A stretch of 64,000 nucleotides of DNA, from the IMG/VR virus record IMGVR_UViG_3300013307_000002, positions 18,362-82,361 of that record; one strand, written 5' to 3'. Position 1 is the first letter of the stretch. Each line of letters begins with the position of its first letter. The translations under genes and the position numbers were made by a program. The notes under the pieces are model-generated. The model searched no databases. It worked only from the letters and a program-made list of their open reading frames with translations, and was not told the DNA's origin. Shown here piece by piece: positions 55,425-64,000 of this stretch. Source of the stretch: a virus.

Positions 55425-58400
55425 TTAGTCTCTCTTCAGATTAAGCCTTCTGGCTCTCACCTTGTATCGACTTCTCACTGGCTTGCCTGAATTAGCATCC
55501 AGCAGGGCAGCCCTAGCCTTAGCATTATCCAGTGAAACCTTCTTAGTCAACTCACCTGAATCCACTTTCTTAGCAAATTCTTCCCTCTGAGCATTAGTCA
55601 TTAACTTAACCTCTTCAGGATTCTTACCAAGAACTGTTCTAACAATCTGAGACTTAAGACCATTAGCATGTGTGCTGTTACTCTTAGAGAGATTAGCAAC
55701 ATCTTCACTTGATAACCACAGAGCAGGTTGGTCAGGATACGTATCTTTATAAGATTTAGACTTCTGTAGCATTCTCACATATTGACGCAGAGAATGACCA
55801 GCAGGAGAGTTATCCCCATAATATACTTTAGACAGGACGTTAGCAGCATCAACTACATCTTCTAAACTATCACCGTCTCTCAGAGCCTTTTCAGCCCTAT
55901 CCACAATCTCACCACTCAAAGCATCTTGTGCTTCTTTCACATCACCTGCATTAGATTTATTGATAGTCTTCTTCAGAGAATCAATCTCTTTATGCAGAGC
56001 TTCCAGTTCTGGATTTGCTTCAGATAATGGGCCAGTAGAACCTGACAGCTCCATCTCTTTCTCAGCAGGAGTAGCATCTTTCTGAAGTTTCTTAGAGTAA
56101 CGTTCAGCAGCATTACGAGCCTTAGTGTAAGCTTCTTCCATTCTACCTTGAGCCAGAGGCTGACGAGTCAGGTTGAAGTTCCTATCCATATAAGCATCGA
56201 TAAAGTCTTGAACATCTTTAGGGTCAGCATCAGTCTTAAACTCTTTCTTCATGTCAGAACTAATCTTGTCCATCTGAACAGATAAGTCATGCAAGTCTTG
56301 AATTTGTTTAGCAGTCTTGATAGCTTCAGATTTCTTCTTCTCAGCAGCTTCAGCTTCAGCAGCCTGTTTCTCTGCATTACCTTCCAACTCCTGAGCTTTA
56401 CGCTTAGCCTCTTCCGCTTCTTTTTGCTTCCCTAGTCTCTTGTTAATAACTTCTTCTTGATTAAAGATCTTTTTCCACAGAGAATTAGATTCGGATGGTG
56501 TTAATGGTTTACCAGTTTTCTCAGCAGCTCTGAACGCCTGATTAATCATAGGCATAACAGCTTTCTGAACATCAGGATGCATATCACCAACTGAATTGAA
56601 ATATCCATCTCTCTGGTCATTCCATTTAACAGCTTCAACAGTAGGAGTGTTATCTACCGTACCATCTGACTTAGGAACCAAAGACTTCTCATAAGCTTTC
56701 TCAGCCCTAACCTTAATATCGTTAATACCTAAGACTTTAGAGTGAGTTAAACCTTTAGCACGAATAGCATCACTAATAAAACCCCAAGGGATATTAAAGT
56801 CTTTACTCCAGCTCTGAAGTTCATTCATGTTGATTTCGTGTTGCTTATCTTCACGAATTCTTCTAGCTCTATTGACTTGTTCTACAGAATGATTTAAAGC
56901 TTCAACATTATTAGCAACATCTTCCCTTCTCATTTGTTTCAAGAACTCTTTATCATTTTTGTTATTATGATTAATTTGATCTTTAACTTGCTGAGTAGTG
57001 AATTGATCTTTAACAGTGTTAAGTTTACGATCTTCAATAGCTTGTACAGCCTTAGACATAGCATCCATATCCTCTCTAGGAGTCTTTGTAGGAGCTTCTG
57101 GCTCTGGGGTAGGCTCAGCTACTGGTTCTTCTGTAGGACGCTGCTCAGGACGTCTCACGAGCGTCTGGTCGATAGTAGGAGTAGGCTCAGGCACTGGCTC
57201 TGGAGTAGGCTCTTCCACAACAGGTTCTTCAGCTTGTTTAGGGGCTTCAGGACGTCTTGCAAGAATCTGGTCTGGCTCAGGCTTAGTCTCAACTACAGGC
57301 TGCTCTTCTACAGGAGCTTCCTCTGGTCTAGAAGGTCTACGTACTAACGCTTGGTCAGGTTCAGGAGTAACAACAGGTTGTGGTTCTTCCGTCACAGTAG
57401 TTTCTTCTACAACAGGTTCCTCTACCTTTCTTGGAGCAGGTCTACGAACAAGAGCTTGGTCTGGCTGTGGTGCAGGAGTTGCTTCAGGGGTTGGTGCTAC
57501 ATCAGGTTGATCATACTGAAGTTCAGGAGTGTTCTCTTCAATACTATTAGAGTTTTCCATATCAGCACGAGCATCATCTACAGCAGCTCTAGTCCTTTGA
57601 GCAGCAAAATCACCACGAGCAAGATCTCTTACTTGGTTAAGGTTATTAGCTTGTTCCCTTCTCAGAGCACGTTTTGCATGACCTGACTTAAGAGCATCTA
57701 CAGTTGTACCTACAACCTTATCAATAAAGCCGCCAGAACTTACTGTAGCGTTACGACCAGCAGTAGGGTTAGTTCTACCATTCCTAAAGTTAGGGTGCAT
57801 ATTGTCAAGCTGATTATAAACAGCATTGTACTCAGCAGCATGTGCAATAGGATTAAACCCTTCAGTAAAACCTTTAGGGGCAGTATAATTCTCATTGAAA
57901 TGAGTCTTAAAGTAATCAGGAGTTCTGTCAAAAGAATCTTGAACCTGCTTAGCTTTATTCAGAAGTGATTGCTGCCTTGCTGGGTCAGTAGAACCTTTAT
58001 CACGTTTCATCATAGATACGTAATCATTTAAGTTCTTCTGGAATCTATCTACTCCTGCCAACTCTGCATTGATAGTTGAGTTATAACTGTTAGTGTCTCC
58101 CTCTGAAGCATATCTGCTCTTCAAGTCTTTCACAAAATCATCTGTATTAAGTTTAGCTGTATTTAAGCTATCCTCAACGTTCTTAACAATAGCAGAACCT
58201 TTATTTTCAATATCAGATTTAGTAACAGCCATTCTACCAGTATCACCATCTTTAGTAACAAATGGTAATCTTGCGTTGGTAGCTGAATCTCTACCTGCAT
58301 CCATCGATTTAAACACATCATCCTGAGTCTTACCAAAAGCAGCCTGAGCAGAAGCATCGTTGTTAAGACGACTATCTAACAGAGGAACACCTTGGTCAGC

Positions 58401-59381
58401 TAGGATTTGACTACCACGAACAGCGTTGTAACGACCACCATTTGCATAAGCGCCTAAGAGTTCATCAGAGGATTTAGCATTAGCAATAGTCTGAGACTCT
58501 GCATCAATATCAGCTCTAGCATTCTCAGGGGTTGAATCAAGAACATCTCTAGCAGCCTTACCACCACGAGAAAGTAAATGAGATGCACCACCAAAAGCTC
58601 CACCGAAAGCAGCACCATAACCACCACCTTCAACAGCTCCTGTCAGAACATCACCTAAGTCACCTTCAGGATTATTGTTTGCTTCATTAGCAGCACCTAC
58701 TACAGCACCACCTCCAGCACCTACAGCAGCATTCCTACCAACTGTACCTGCCATCTCCATAGACTTACCGAGAAGGCTTTCAGCAACACGACTACCAGAA
58801 CCCGGAAGAAGTCTGTTTGCGATGTAGTTAGCACCACCCACGTTTACTGCGTCTGTAAGGCTCTCTTGGCCTTCTTTCTGGTTAGCATAGGCATTACCCA
58901 TCTCGCGCATAGCAATGCCCGGAATAGCGAACTCAGGAGCTACAATCATTGCTCCCACATCAGCAGCTATCCTACCACCAGTTTCGCCAATAGAACGACC
59001 AGTAGTGTCTCCAATATTGTCCTGACGTTTCTTATATAAATCATCAGCGTTCTGTTCCATTCGTCTACCATAAGCAGACAGGGAACTAGCATCCCTACCA
59101 ATAAGATTATTAGCAGCTTTATCACCCATCTGAACAAGACCAGCAATACCTCTAGCAACATCATGGCTAACTGTGTTAGCGCCTGATTGGATAGTGTCTG
59201 CTAAGAAGTTACCAACCGTACCAGCAACAGAATCATCTTTAGGTGCAGGAGCTGGAGCTGCTTGGGGGATTACTCCCCCTGCATTCTTATACTTAGCCTG
59301 CATTTCTACTTTCTGATCTTCGCTCGCATTCTGATAGGTTGGAGAAGCAGTAATCTCACTCCAATCTTTTAAAGAAGCCAT
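55425..59381 (-). CDS. Large internal virion/DNA ejection protein
   Basis: 1318 aa; Gly/Ala-rich membrane-like segments and a Pro/Glu repeat linker; located in the ejection-gene block. Confidence 0.7.
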   Translation of the reverse strand: MASLKDWSEITASPTYQNASEDQKVEMQAKYKNAGGVIPQAAPAPAPKDDSVAGTVGNFLADTIQSGANTVSHDVARGIAGLVQMGDKAANNLIGRDASSLSAYGRRMEQNADDLYKKRQDNIGDTTGRSIGETGGRIAADVGAMIVAPEFAIPGIAMREMGNAYANQKEGQESLTDAVNVGGANYIANRLLPGSGSRVAESLLGKSMEMAGTVGRNAAVGAGGGAVVGAANEANNNPEGDLGDVLTGAVEGGGYGAAFGGAFGGASHLLSRGGKAARDVLDSTPENARADIDAESQTIANAKSSDELLGAYANGGRYNAVRGSQILADQGVPLLDSRLNNDASAQAAFGKTQDDVFKSMDAGRDSATNARLPFVTKDGDTGRMAVTKSDIENKGSAIVKNVEDSLNTAKLNTDDFVKDLKSRYASEGDTNSYNSTINAELAGVDRFQKNLNDYVSMMKRDKGSTDPARQQSLLNKAKQVQDSFDRTPDYFKTHFNENYTAPKGFTEGFNPIAHAAEYNAVYNQLDNMHPNFRNGRTNPTAGRNATVSSGGFIDKVVGTTVDALKSGHAKRALRREQANNLNQVRDLARGDFAAQRTRAAVDDARADMENSNSIEENTPELQYDQPDVAPTPEATPAPQPDQALVRRPAPRKVEEPVVEETTVTEEPQPVVTPEPDQALVRRPSRPEEAPVEEQPVVETKPEPDQILARRPEAPKQAEEPVVEEPTPEPVPEPTPTIDQTLVRRPEQRPTEEPVAEPTPEPEAPTKTPREDMDAMSKAVQAIEDRKLNTVKDQFTTQQVKDQINHNNKNDKEFLKQMRREDVANNVEALNHSVEQVNRARRIREDKQHEINMNELQSWSKDFNIPWGFISDAIRAKGLTHSKVLGINDIKVRAEKAYEKSLVPKSDGTVDNTPTVEAVKWNDQRDGYFNSVGDMHPDVQKAVMPMINQAFRAAEKTGKPLTPSESNSLWKKIFNQEEVINKRLGKQKEAEEAKRKAQELEGNAEKQAAEAEAAEKKKSEAIKTAKQIQDLHDLSVQMDKISSDMKKEFKTDADPKDVQDFIDAYMDRNFNLTRQPLAQGRMEEAYTKARNAAERYSKKLQKDATPAEKEMELSGSTGPLSEANPELEALHKEIDSLKKTINKSNAGDVKEAQDALSGEIVDRAEKALRDGDSLEDVVDAANVLSKVYYGDNSPAGHSLRQYVRMLQKSKSYKDTYPDQPALWLSSEDVANLSKSNSTHANGLKSQIVRTVLGKNPEEVKLMTNAQREEFAKKVDSGELTKKVSLDNAKARAALLDANSGKPVRSRYKVRARRLNLKRD

Positions 59382-59402
59382 CAGCTCCCCTCCTTACTTA
59401 TA

Positions 59403-61094
59403 TTAGTTATACATCCAAGAATCATCTGTAGATAAAGCACCACCGGTACGAGATCTAACTTCATTTTCGCCAGCTTCTTCAAAAACACCATAAGGGTCAT
59501 GGAATCCACTACCGTAAGCTCTGTTAACAAGAGCTGTTGCCCTTTCTTTTCCGAGGGTTCTCGCAACAGATTTAATCCTCTGAATTTTGATTCTCTGAAT
59601 ATTAGAATCCGCAGATTTAGAACCTACATCATTGGCTTTATCAAGATAGTCAATAGCTCTAAGAGTTGGACTCCAACCAGCTTTAAGGCTAATCTTGTTT
59701 GTACCCTTAGTGAAGATGCTTGGGTCTTCTGCAAAGCCAGAAACATCAGCTTCTTGAAGTGAACGGTTCTCACCAATCTCACCCCTTGCAGAGTTAAACG
59801 CAGCCTGTTGGTACGCAGCAGCAGCAGCTTGAGGGTCACCCTTAGCAATCGCATCTCTAGCAAGTTCCAAGTCCTTCTTAGCAGCATCAAAGTAACCTTG
59901 CTTAACACTCCAAGACTTAATTACAGAACCTTCTGGTGTATTCTTCTCAGCATTAAGATCTCTCGAAGTGAAGTTATAATCATTAGCAGCAGCTTTAGCA
60001 GCAGCTTGTTTGATTCTATCTCTTTCATTGAGTAATTCTTTCTGTTGAGCAAACCTAGCATTCTGTAGCTTCTCTTGTTGAGCAGCTCTTGCATCAGCAG
60101 CTCTGTTAGTAGCTTCCAGTCTCTGAGAAAATCTCTGATCTTCTTGGGCACTAGTAATAGCATTACGTCTTCCCCATTCAGCATTGGTAGCATCCATTTT
60201 ATCTGCATCCGACATTTGTTGCTGTCTTAACAGTTTAGGATCTCCAGCAGCAATAGCCGCAGCTACCGAGTCAGGAGTATATTGCTGTAACAGATACTCT
60301 CTATTGTTCTTGAGTTGATCTTTAACTTCTGCATTTTCCATAGCCTGAGAACCAGCTTGGAATGCTTGCATAGGATTAGCCCCAGACATAATAGCCAGAC
60401 CAGTATTCATCATACCAGTATAGAAGTTAGAGTTCTTATAGAAAGGATCTTGTTTAACTTCCTGCCATGCAGCTTTAGGATCTTTTGCTTGAGCAATAGA
60501 AGCCATATCACTTTTAATTCTACTAGCATCTAAACTCTGAGATTCAGCAGACATTGCATTCTGTGGATTCTGAGAAGAGATTCCAATATCAACACTCTGT
60601 AAGCCATTAGATAAAGCAGCTTGAGAATATTGTTTGGTGTCATTAGTAGGATTCTGAGAGATTTGCTTAGGAGCAGAAGTTGGTAACAGTCCATTATCAG
60701 CCATAGTCTGTTCATCTTTAAATGCTTCCGTACCTCCCTGAGTGGGTTGTGGGGAACCAATATCGATACCAGCTAAGTTACCACCAGAGATTTGACCAAT
60801 TAACTGATTAATATCCACAGGAGCAGGTTGCTGTCCTTGAGGTTGATTAATATCGTAGTCAGGTCTGGTAATCTGTTGCATATCCTGTTGAGCATTACCA
60901 ACTAAAGTAGATAGGTCAATGCCTTGAGGAGTTTGAACTTGACCCTGTGTTGGGTTGATATTATTTTGTTTTAAATAGTCCTGTAACGCCTGCATGTTAA
61001 TCCTATTTCTCGGAGGAGCAACAGCCATTGGATTACTAGGGACAGCCTGAGAAGGGGCCGAAGCCCCCGTTCTCTGTGAATAAATGGTATCCAT
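59403..61094 (-). CDS. Internal virion/ejection protein
   Basis: Q/P-rich N-terminus, coiled coil; gene context. Confidence 0.65.
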   Translation of the reverse strand: MDTIYSQRTGASAPSQAVPSNPMAVAPPRNRINMQALQDYLKQNNINPTQGQVQTPQGIDLSTLVGNAQQDMQQITRPDYDINQPQGQQPAPVDINQLIGQISGGNLAGIDIGSPQPTQGGTEAFKDEQTMADNGLLPTSAPKQISQNPTNDTKQYSQAALSNGLQSVDIGISSQNPQNAMSAESQSLDASRIKSDMASIAQAKDPKAAWQEVKQDPFYKNSNFYTGMMNTGLAIMSGANPMQAFQAGSQAMENAEVKDQLKNNREYLLQQYTPDSVAAAIAAGDPKLLRQQQMSDADKMDATNAEWGRRNAITSAQEDQRFSQRLEATNRAADARAAQQEKLQNARFAQQKELLNERDRIKQAAAKAAANDYNFTSRDLNAEKNTPEGSVIKSWSVKQGYFDAAKKDLELARDAIAKGDPQAAAAAYQQAAFNSARGEIGENRSLQEADVSGFAEDPSIFTKGTNKISLKAGWSPTLRAIDYLDKANDVGSKSADSNIQRIKIQRIKSVARTLGKERATALVNRAYGSGFHDPYGVFEEAGENEVRSRTGGALSTDDSWMYN

Positions 61095-61106
61095 TATAAC
61101 TCCTTA

Positions 61107-62081
61107 TTAAGATGCAAGACCGCCAAGAGCACCACCTGCTAAAGCACCCCACGGGCCAAATGCAGAACCAGCAGCAGCACCAGACATAACACCACCAAGT
61201 AATCCAGAGCCACCACCAGAAGTGGTTGACTTAGTTGTCATACCCTGAGCACCATTAAGAACAGAAGTTGCATTGATCATATTTTGAATCTGTGACCAAT
61301 CGTAATTCTGATTGTTAAGTGCATTGTTGTAGTTATTATTCAGATTAGCCTGTTCATTCTGTTGCATCATATTACCAGCGTTAAGAGCATTCTGATTAGC
61401 CTGATTAGCAAACTGAGCACCAGTGTTAGCAAGACCGGCAGCATTAGCCCCGTTCTGAGCTAGAGCACCTAAAGCACTAAACTGACTCTGCCTATTACCA
61501 GAGAGAATACTATTAGCCTGACTTACTGCATTATTATATGCTTGGTCGGTAATATTAGAAGCATCATTCTGCATCTGAGATAGAGCAGCAGTACGTGCAT
61601 TATCTTTAGCCATTCTAGAAGCACTACCACCTCCACCACCCTGCATAGTTTGCTGAGCAATATTAGTAAGTTGGTTCTTAGCTAGGTTTTGTTTTGTACC
61701 ATAATTAGTTGCATCAATTGCACCCTCGACAGCGCCTTTATCATAAAGCTGACCAGCTAGCCCACTAATTTGATCGGAAGTAATTCCACCATTAGTAGCT
61801 AAACCTTGTAGTTGAGAGTAAGCATTGTTCAAAGTATCTAAGCCTGCTTGACCACCTTGAATAAGTTGACCAGACAAACTGTTCAGTTGATCTGAGTTGA
61901 TTAACTGATTTAAAGCATCCTGTTGTGTTTGATTTAATCCAGCATACTGTTGATTAACATAACTACCGTTGTTAGTGTTATTAACTTGGTTTGTCAGAGA
62001 ATCAATCATATTCTGAATGTAGTCAGGACGAGTCATGCTGCTGGTAGTAGTTTTACTACCCCCACCGAATAATCCCATCAT
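61107..62081 (-). CDS. DNA injection/pilot protein
   Basis: MGLFGGGSKTTT start, N/Q/G/A-rich, terminal glycine zipper. Confidence 0.7.
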   Translation of the reverse strand: MMGLFGGGSKTTTSSMTRPDYIQNMIDSLTNQVNNTNNGSYVNQQYAGLNQTQQDALNQLINSDQLNSLSGQLIQGGQAGLDTLNNAYSQLQGLATNGGITSDQISGLAGQLYDKGAVEGAIDATNYGTKQNLAKNQLTNIAQQTMQGGGGGSASRMAKDNARTAALSQMQNDASNITDQAYNNAVSQANSILSGNRQSQFSALGALAQNGANAAGLANTGAQFANQANQNALNAGNMMQQNEQANLNNNYNNALNNQNYDWSQIQNMINATSVLNGAQGMTTKSTTSGGGSGLLGGVMSGAAAGSAFGPWGALAGGALGGLAS

Positions 62082-62090
62082 ATACCTCCA

Positions 62091-63059
62091 TTAAGAAAAC
62101 ATGTTAAACAAACCGTTTAGAGCACCAGTACCGCCTTTGTTATAAAGTTGGTTAGTGTAGTTACCCTGAGCATTAGTATTTCCTGTACCAGAGAACCCAC
62201 CTAAACTACCAACAATACCAAGACCAGTAATACCAGCACCAAGTAACTGTTGTCCAACACCTTGTCCCGGAGTATTACTTGTAGTCGTATAACCTGCCAT
62301 TGGGCTTAATGAATTAAGTACATTAAGTTTATTGTTGAGCTGGTTCCAGTCGAACTGTTGTGAACCCATCTGGTTCTGCCAAGTGTTATTGTATTCATTC
62401 TGAGTCTGAGACTGCATCTGATTACCAGCATTCAGAGCATTCATGAGTGCAGATTGAGTAAGACCAGCAGACTGATTACCGAGATTAATATTGGAGTTAG
62501 CAACATTACCGAGTAAGTTAGCAGCACCAAGCTGAGATGAATTATTTCCTTGAAGTACATTAACACCTAAATTGTTCAGCGACTGCTGCCTGTTGTTGTT
62601 TGTTAGAGCAGAGATGTTATTTGAGTTAGCTCGGTTGGCTGCTCGAACAGCAGCACCGCCACCAAGACTTTGAGCAGCATTACCTGCACTAAGTCCTTGA
62701 GAGATAGCACCTCTGTTAACGGAACTACCCATCATACCATTAGTAAAGTCTTTTACTTGCTGGCCTGTAACTCCATTGTTAGCCACACCTTGAAGTAGCT
62801 GATTCACATCCCCTAGTTGACCTAATCCCTGTTTAGTTAAACCACCATACATTCCTGCAACTTGATTCAGAGCTGAGCTATCAGTTAAAGCCTGAAGCGC
62901 ATTATTCTGAGTATCATTTAAACCAGCAATGTCATGATTGATATAGCCACCAACATCCATGTTGTTTGTCATCGAAGCAATTTGTCTCAGAAGATCAGCA
63001 ACATTATCGGATGGTTTAACTGTGTTGGTGGTTTTAGTAGAACCTCCAAATAAACCCAT
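62091..63059 (-). CDS. DNA injection/pilot protein (paralog of 61107-62081)
   Basis: Shares MGLFGG.TK, AGLN.TQ..AL..L and ALNAGN.MQ...DW.Q motifs. Confidence 0.7.
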   Translation of the reverse strand: MGLFGGSTKTTNTVKPSDNVADLLRQIASMTNNMDVGGYINHDIAGLNDTQNNALQALTDSSALNQVAGMYGGLTKQGLGQLGDVNQLLQGVANNGVTGQQVKDFTNGMMGSSVNRGAISQGLSAGNAAQSLGGGAAVRAANRANSNNISALTNNNRQQSLNNLGVNVLQGNNSSQLGAANLLGNVANSNINLGNQSAGLTQSALMNALNAGNQMQSQTQNEYNNTWQNQMGSQQFDWNQLNNKLNVLNSLSPMAGYTTTSNTPGQGVGQQLLGAGITGLGIVGSLGGFSGTGNTNAQGNYTNQLYNKGGTGALNGLFNMFS

Positions 63060-63070
63060 ATACCCTCCTA

Positions 63071-63859
63071 TTATCTATTGAAAGAAGAACCACCGATACT
63101 TCCGAGAATCTGCATAACCCTCTGAGTGTCGTTATTCCAACCTGAAGCACCTCTACCTATTCCAGAATGACCTTCCACCGTTACAGACTTAGGCTTCGTT
63201 CCTGCTAAAGTTGATAAAGCAGCTAAAGCAGCATTACCCCATTGACCACTTCCTTGATTCTCTACTGGAGCATTTTGAGAAACAATAGGAAGAGCAGCAC
63301 CCATTTGAGCTTCTGCTTGATTAGGAGCATTCTGAGCAATAGTCCTGTCAAGTAGAGCAGGAGTAAATTGATTAGAAGGTTTTCTTGAAGCAAGTGCTCC
63401 TACAGGATCTAATACATCATCTATATTTTCTGGTGTTGAATACTGAGAAGGTACATTAGAGGATACAAAGTTTCTGAAGTTAGGATTTCGAATATACTTA
63501 AAACCCTCTTCAGGCATGTTACGTTTACCAGAGATGATTTGTCTAGCACCACCAGTACCTTGATTGTATCCTAACAAAGCTTTAGGGACGTTACCCTGAA
63601 AAGCTCTGAGGTTGTCTGCGAGATACCTAGCACCCATTTCAATATTCTTAGCAGGATCATATCTATCTTGAGGGTTATATCCATAATCTTTAGCAACAGC
63701 CCTACTAACCTGCATAAGACCTACAGGGCCAGTACCTGATTCTGCATTAGGATTACCACTAGATTCTGCCTGTATGACAGAGGTGATAAGCTCCGCTGGA
63801 ATACCATATCTAGCTGAAGCATTATTAATTAATGCCCCATAATTCTTTTGAATAGTCAT
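63071..63859 (-). CDS. Virion-associated lytic transglycosylase (SLT domain)
   Basis: IQAESSGNPNA...GLMQV...NIEMGARYL...GYNQG. Confidence 0.9.
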   Translation of the reverse strand: MTIQKNYGALINNASARYGIPAELITSVIQAESSGNPNAESGTGPVGLMQVSRAVAKDYGYNPQDRYDPAKNIEMGARYLADNLRAFQGNVPKALLGYNQGTGGARQIISGKRNMPEEGFKYIRNPNFRNFVSSNVPSQYSTPENIDDVLDPVGALASRKPSNQFTPALLDRTIAQNAPNQAEAQMGAALPIVSQNAPVENQGSGQWGNAALAALSTLAGTKPKSVTVEGHSGIGRGASGWNNDTQRVMQILGSIGGSSFNR

Positions 63860-64000
63860 TCAGCGACTCCTTTAAAGCGTCTATATATTATTCATCCTTC
63901 CGACTGTAATATAGTTCCAAATCAGAAGTAATCAGCAGCATCCAAGCAAGGTAGGTTGAACCCCATTTGTGCTCTAACTGGAGAAGTATAAAAGTACACA

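Noticed and set aside
56934-57686. Plus-strand Ser/Gly-rich ORFs
   Set aside because: Antisense reading of the Pro/Glu repeat linker of the ejection protein.

Overview
A 64 kb slice of a lytic phiEco32/7-11-like podophage (Kuravirus/Grimontviridae-type gene content). The host is probably Erwinia/Pantoea-like, inferred from an AmsF/WceF-like EPS depolymerase. Minus-strand terminase genes and an HNH occupy the left end. An AT-rich control region (probable genome-end region) carries IHF-consensus sites and sigma70 promoters. A long plus-strand early/middle arm follows: ncRNA-rich leader, FinO/ProQ-like protein, 5 tRNAs plus tRNA-like RNAs, PhoH, HD hydrolase, TerB/TerC, NARP1-type PRPP-synthetase/NAMPT pair, amidoligase/GATase/ATP-grasp/GGCT cluster, primase-helicase, split family-A DNA polymerase, ThyX, macrodomain, SSB, spanins, ECF sigma and exonuclease. 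It converges at about 55400 on minus-strand ejection/internal virion genes. The most striking unexplained structure is an rRNA-operon-like leader: three 16-bp-spacer promoters, each followed by a consensus boxA, driving largely non-coding, highly structured RNAs. Other unexplained signals are a loop-exposed antisense seed against two early RBSs near the FinO-like gene, and a 12-mer (ACTACTGTGACG) found 7 times, always on the transcribed strand. All protein calls come from motif recognition by eye and all RNA pairings were read by hand; no searches or folding programs were run.
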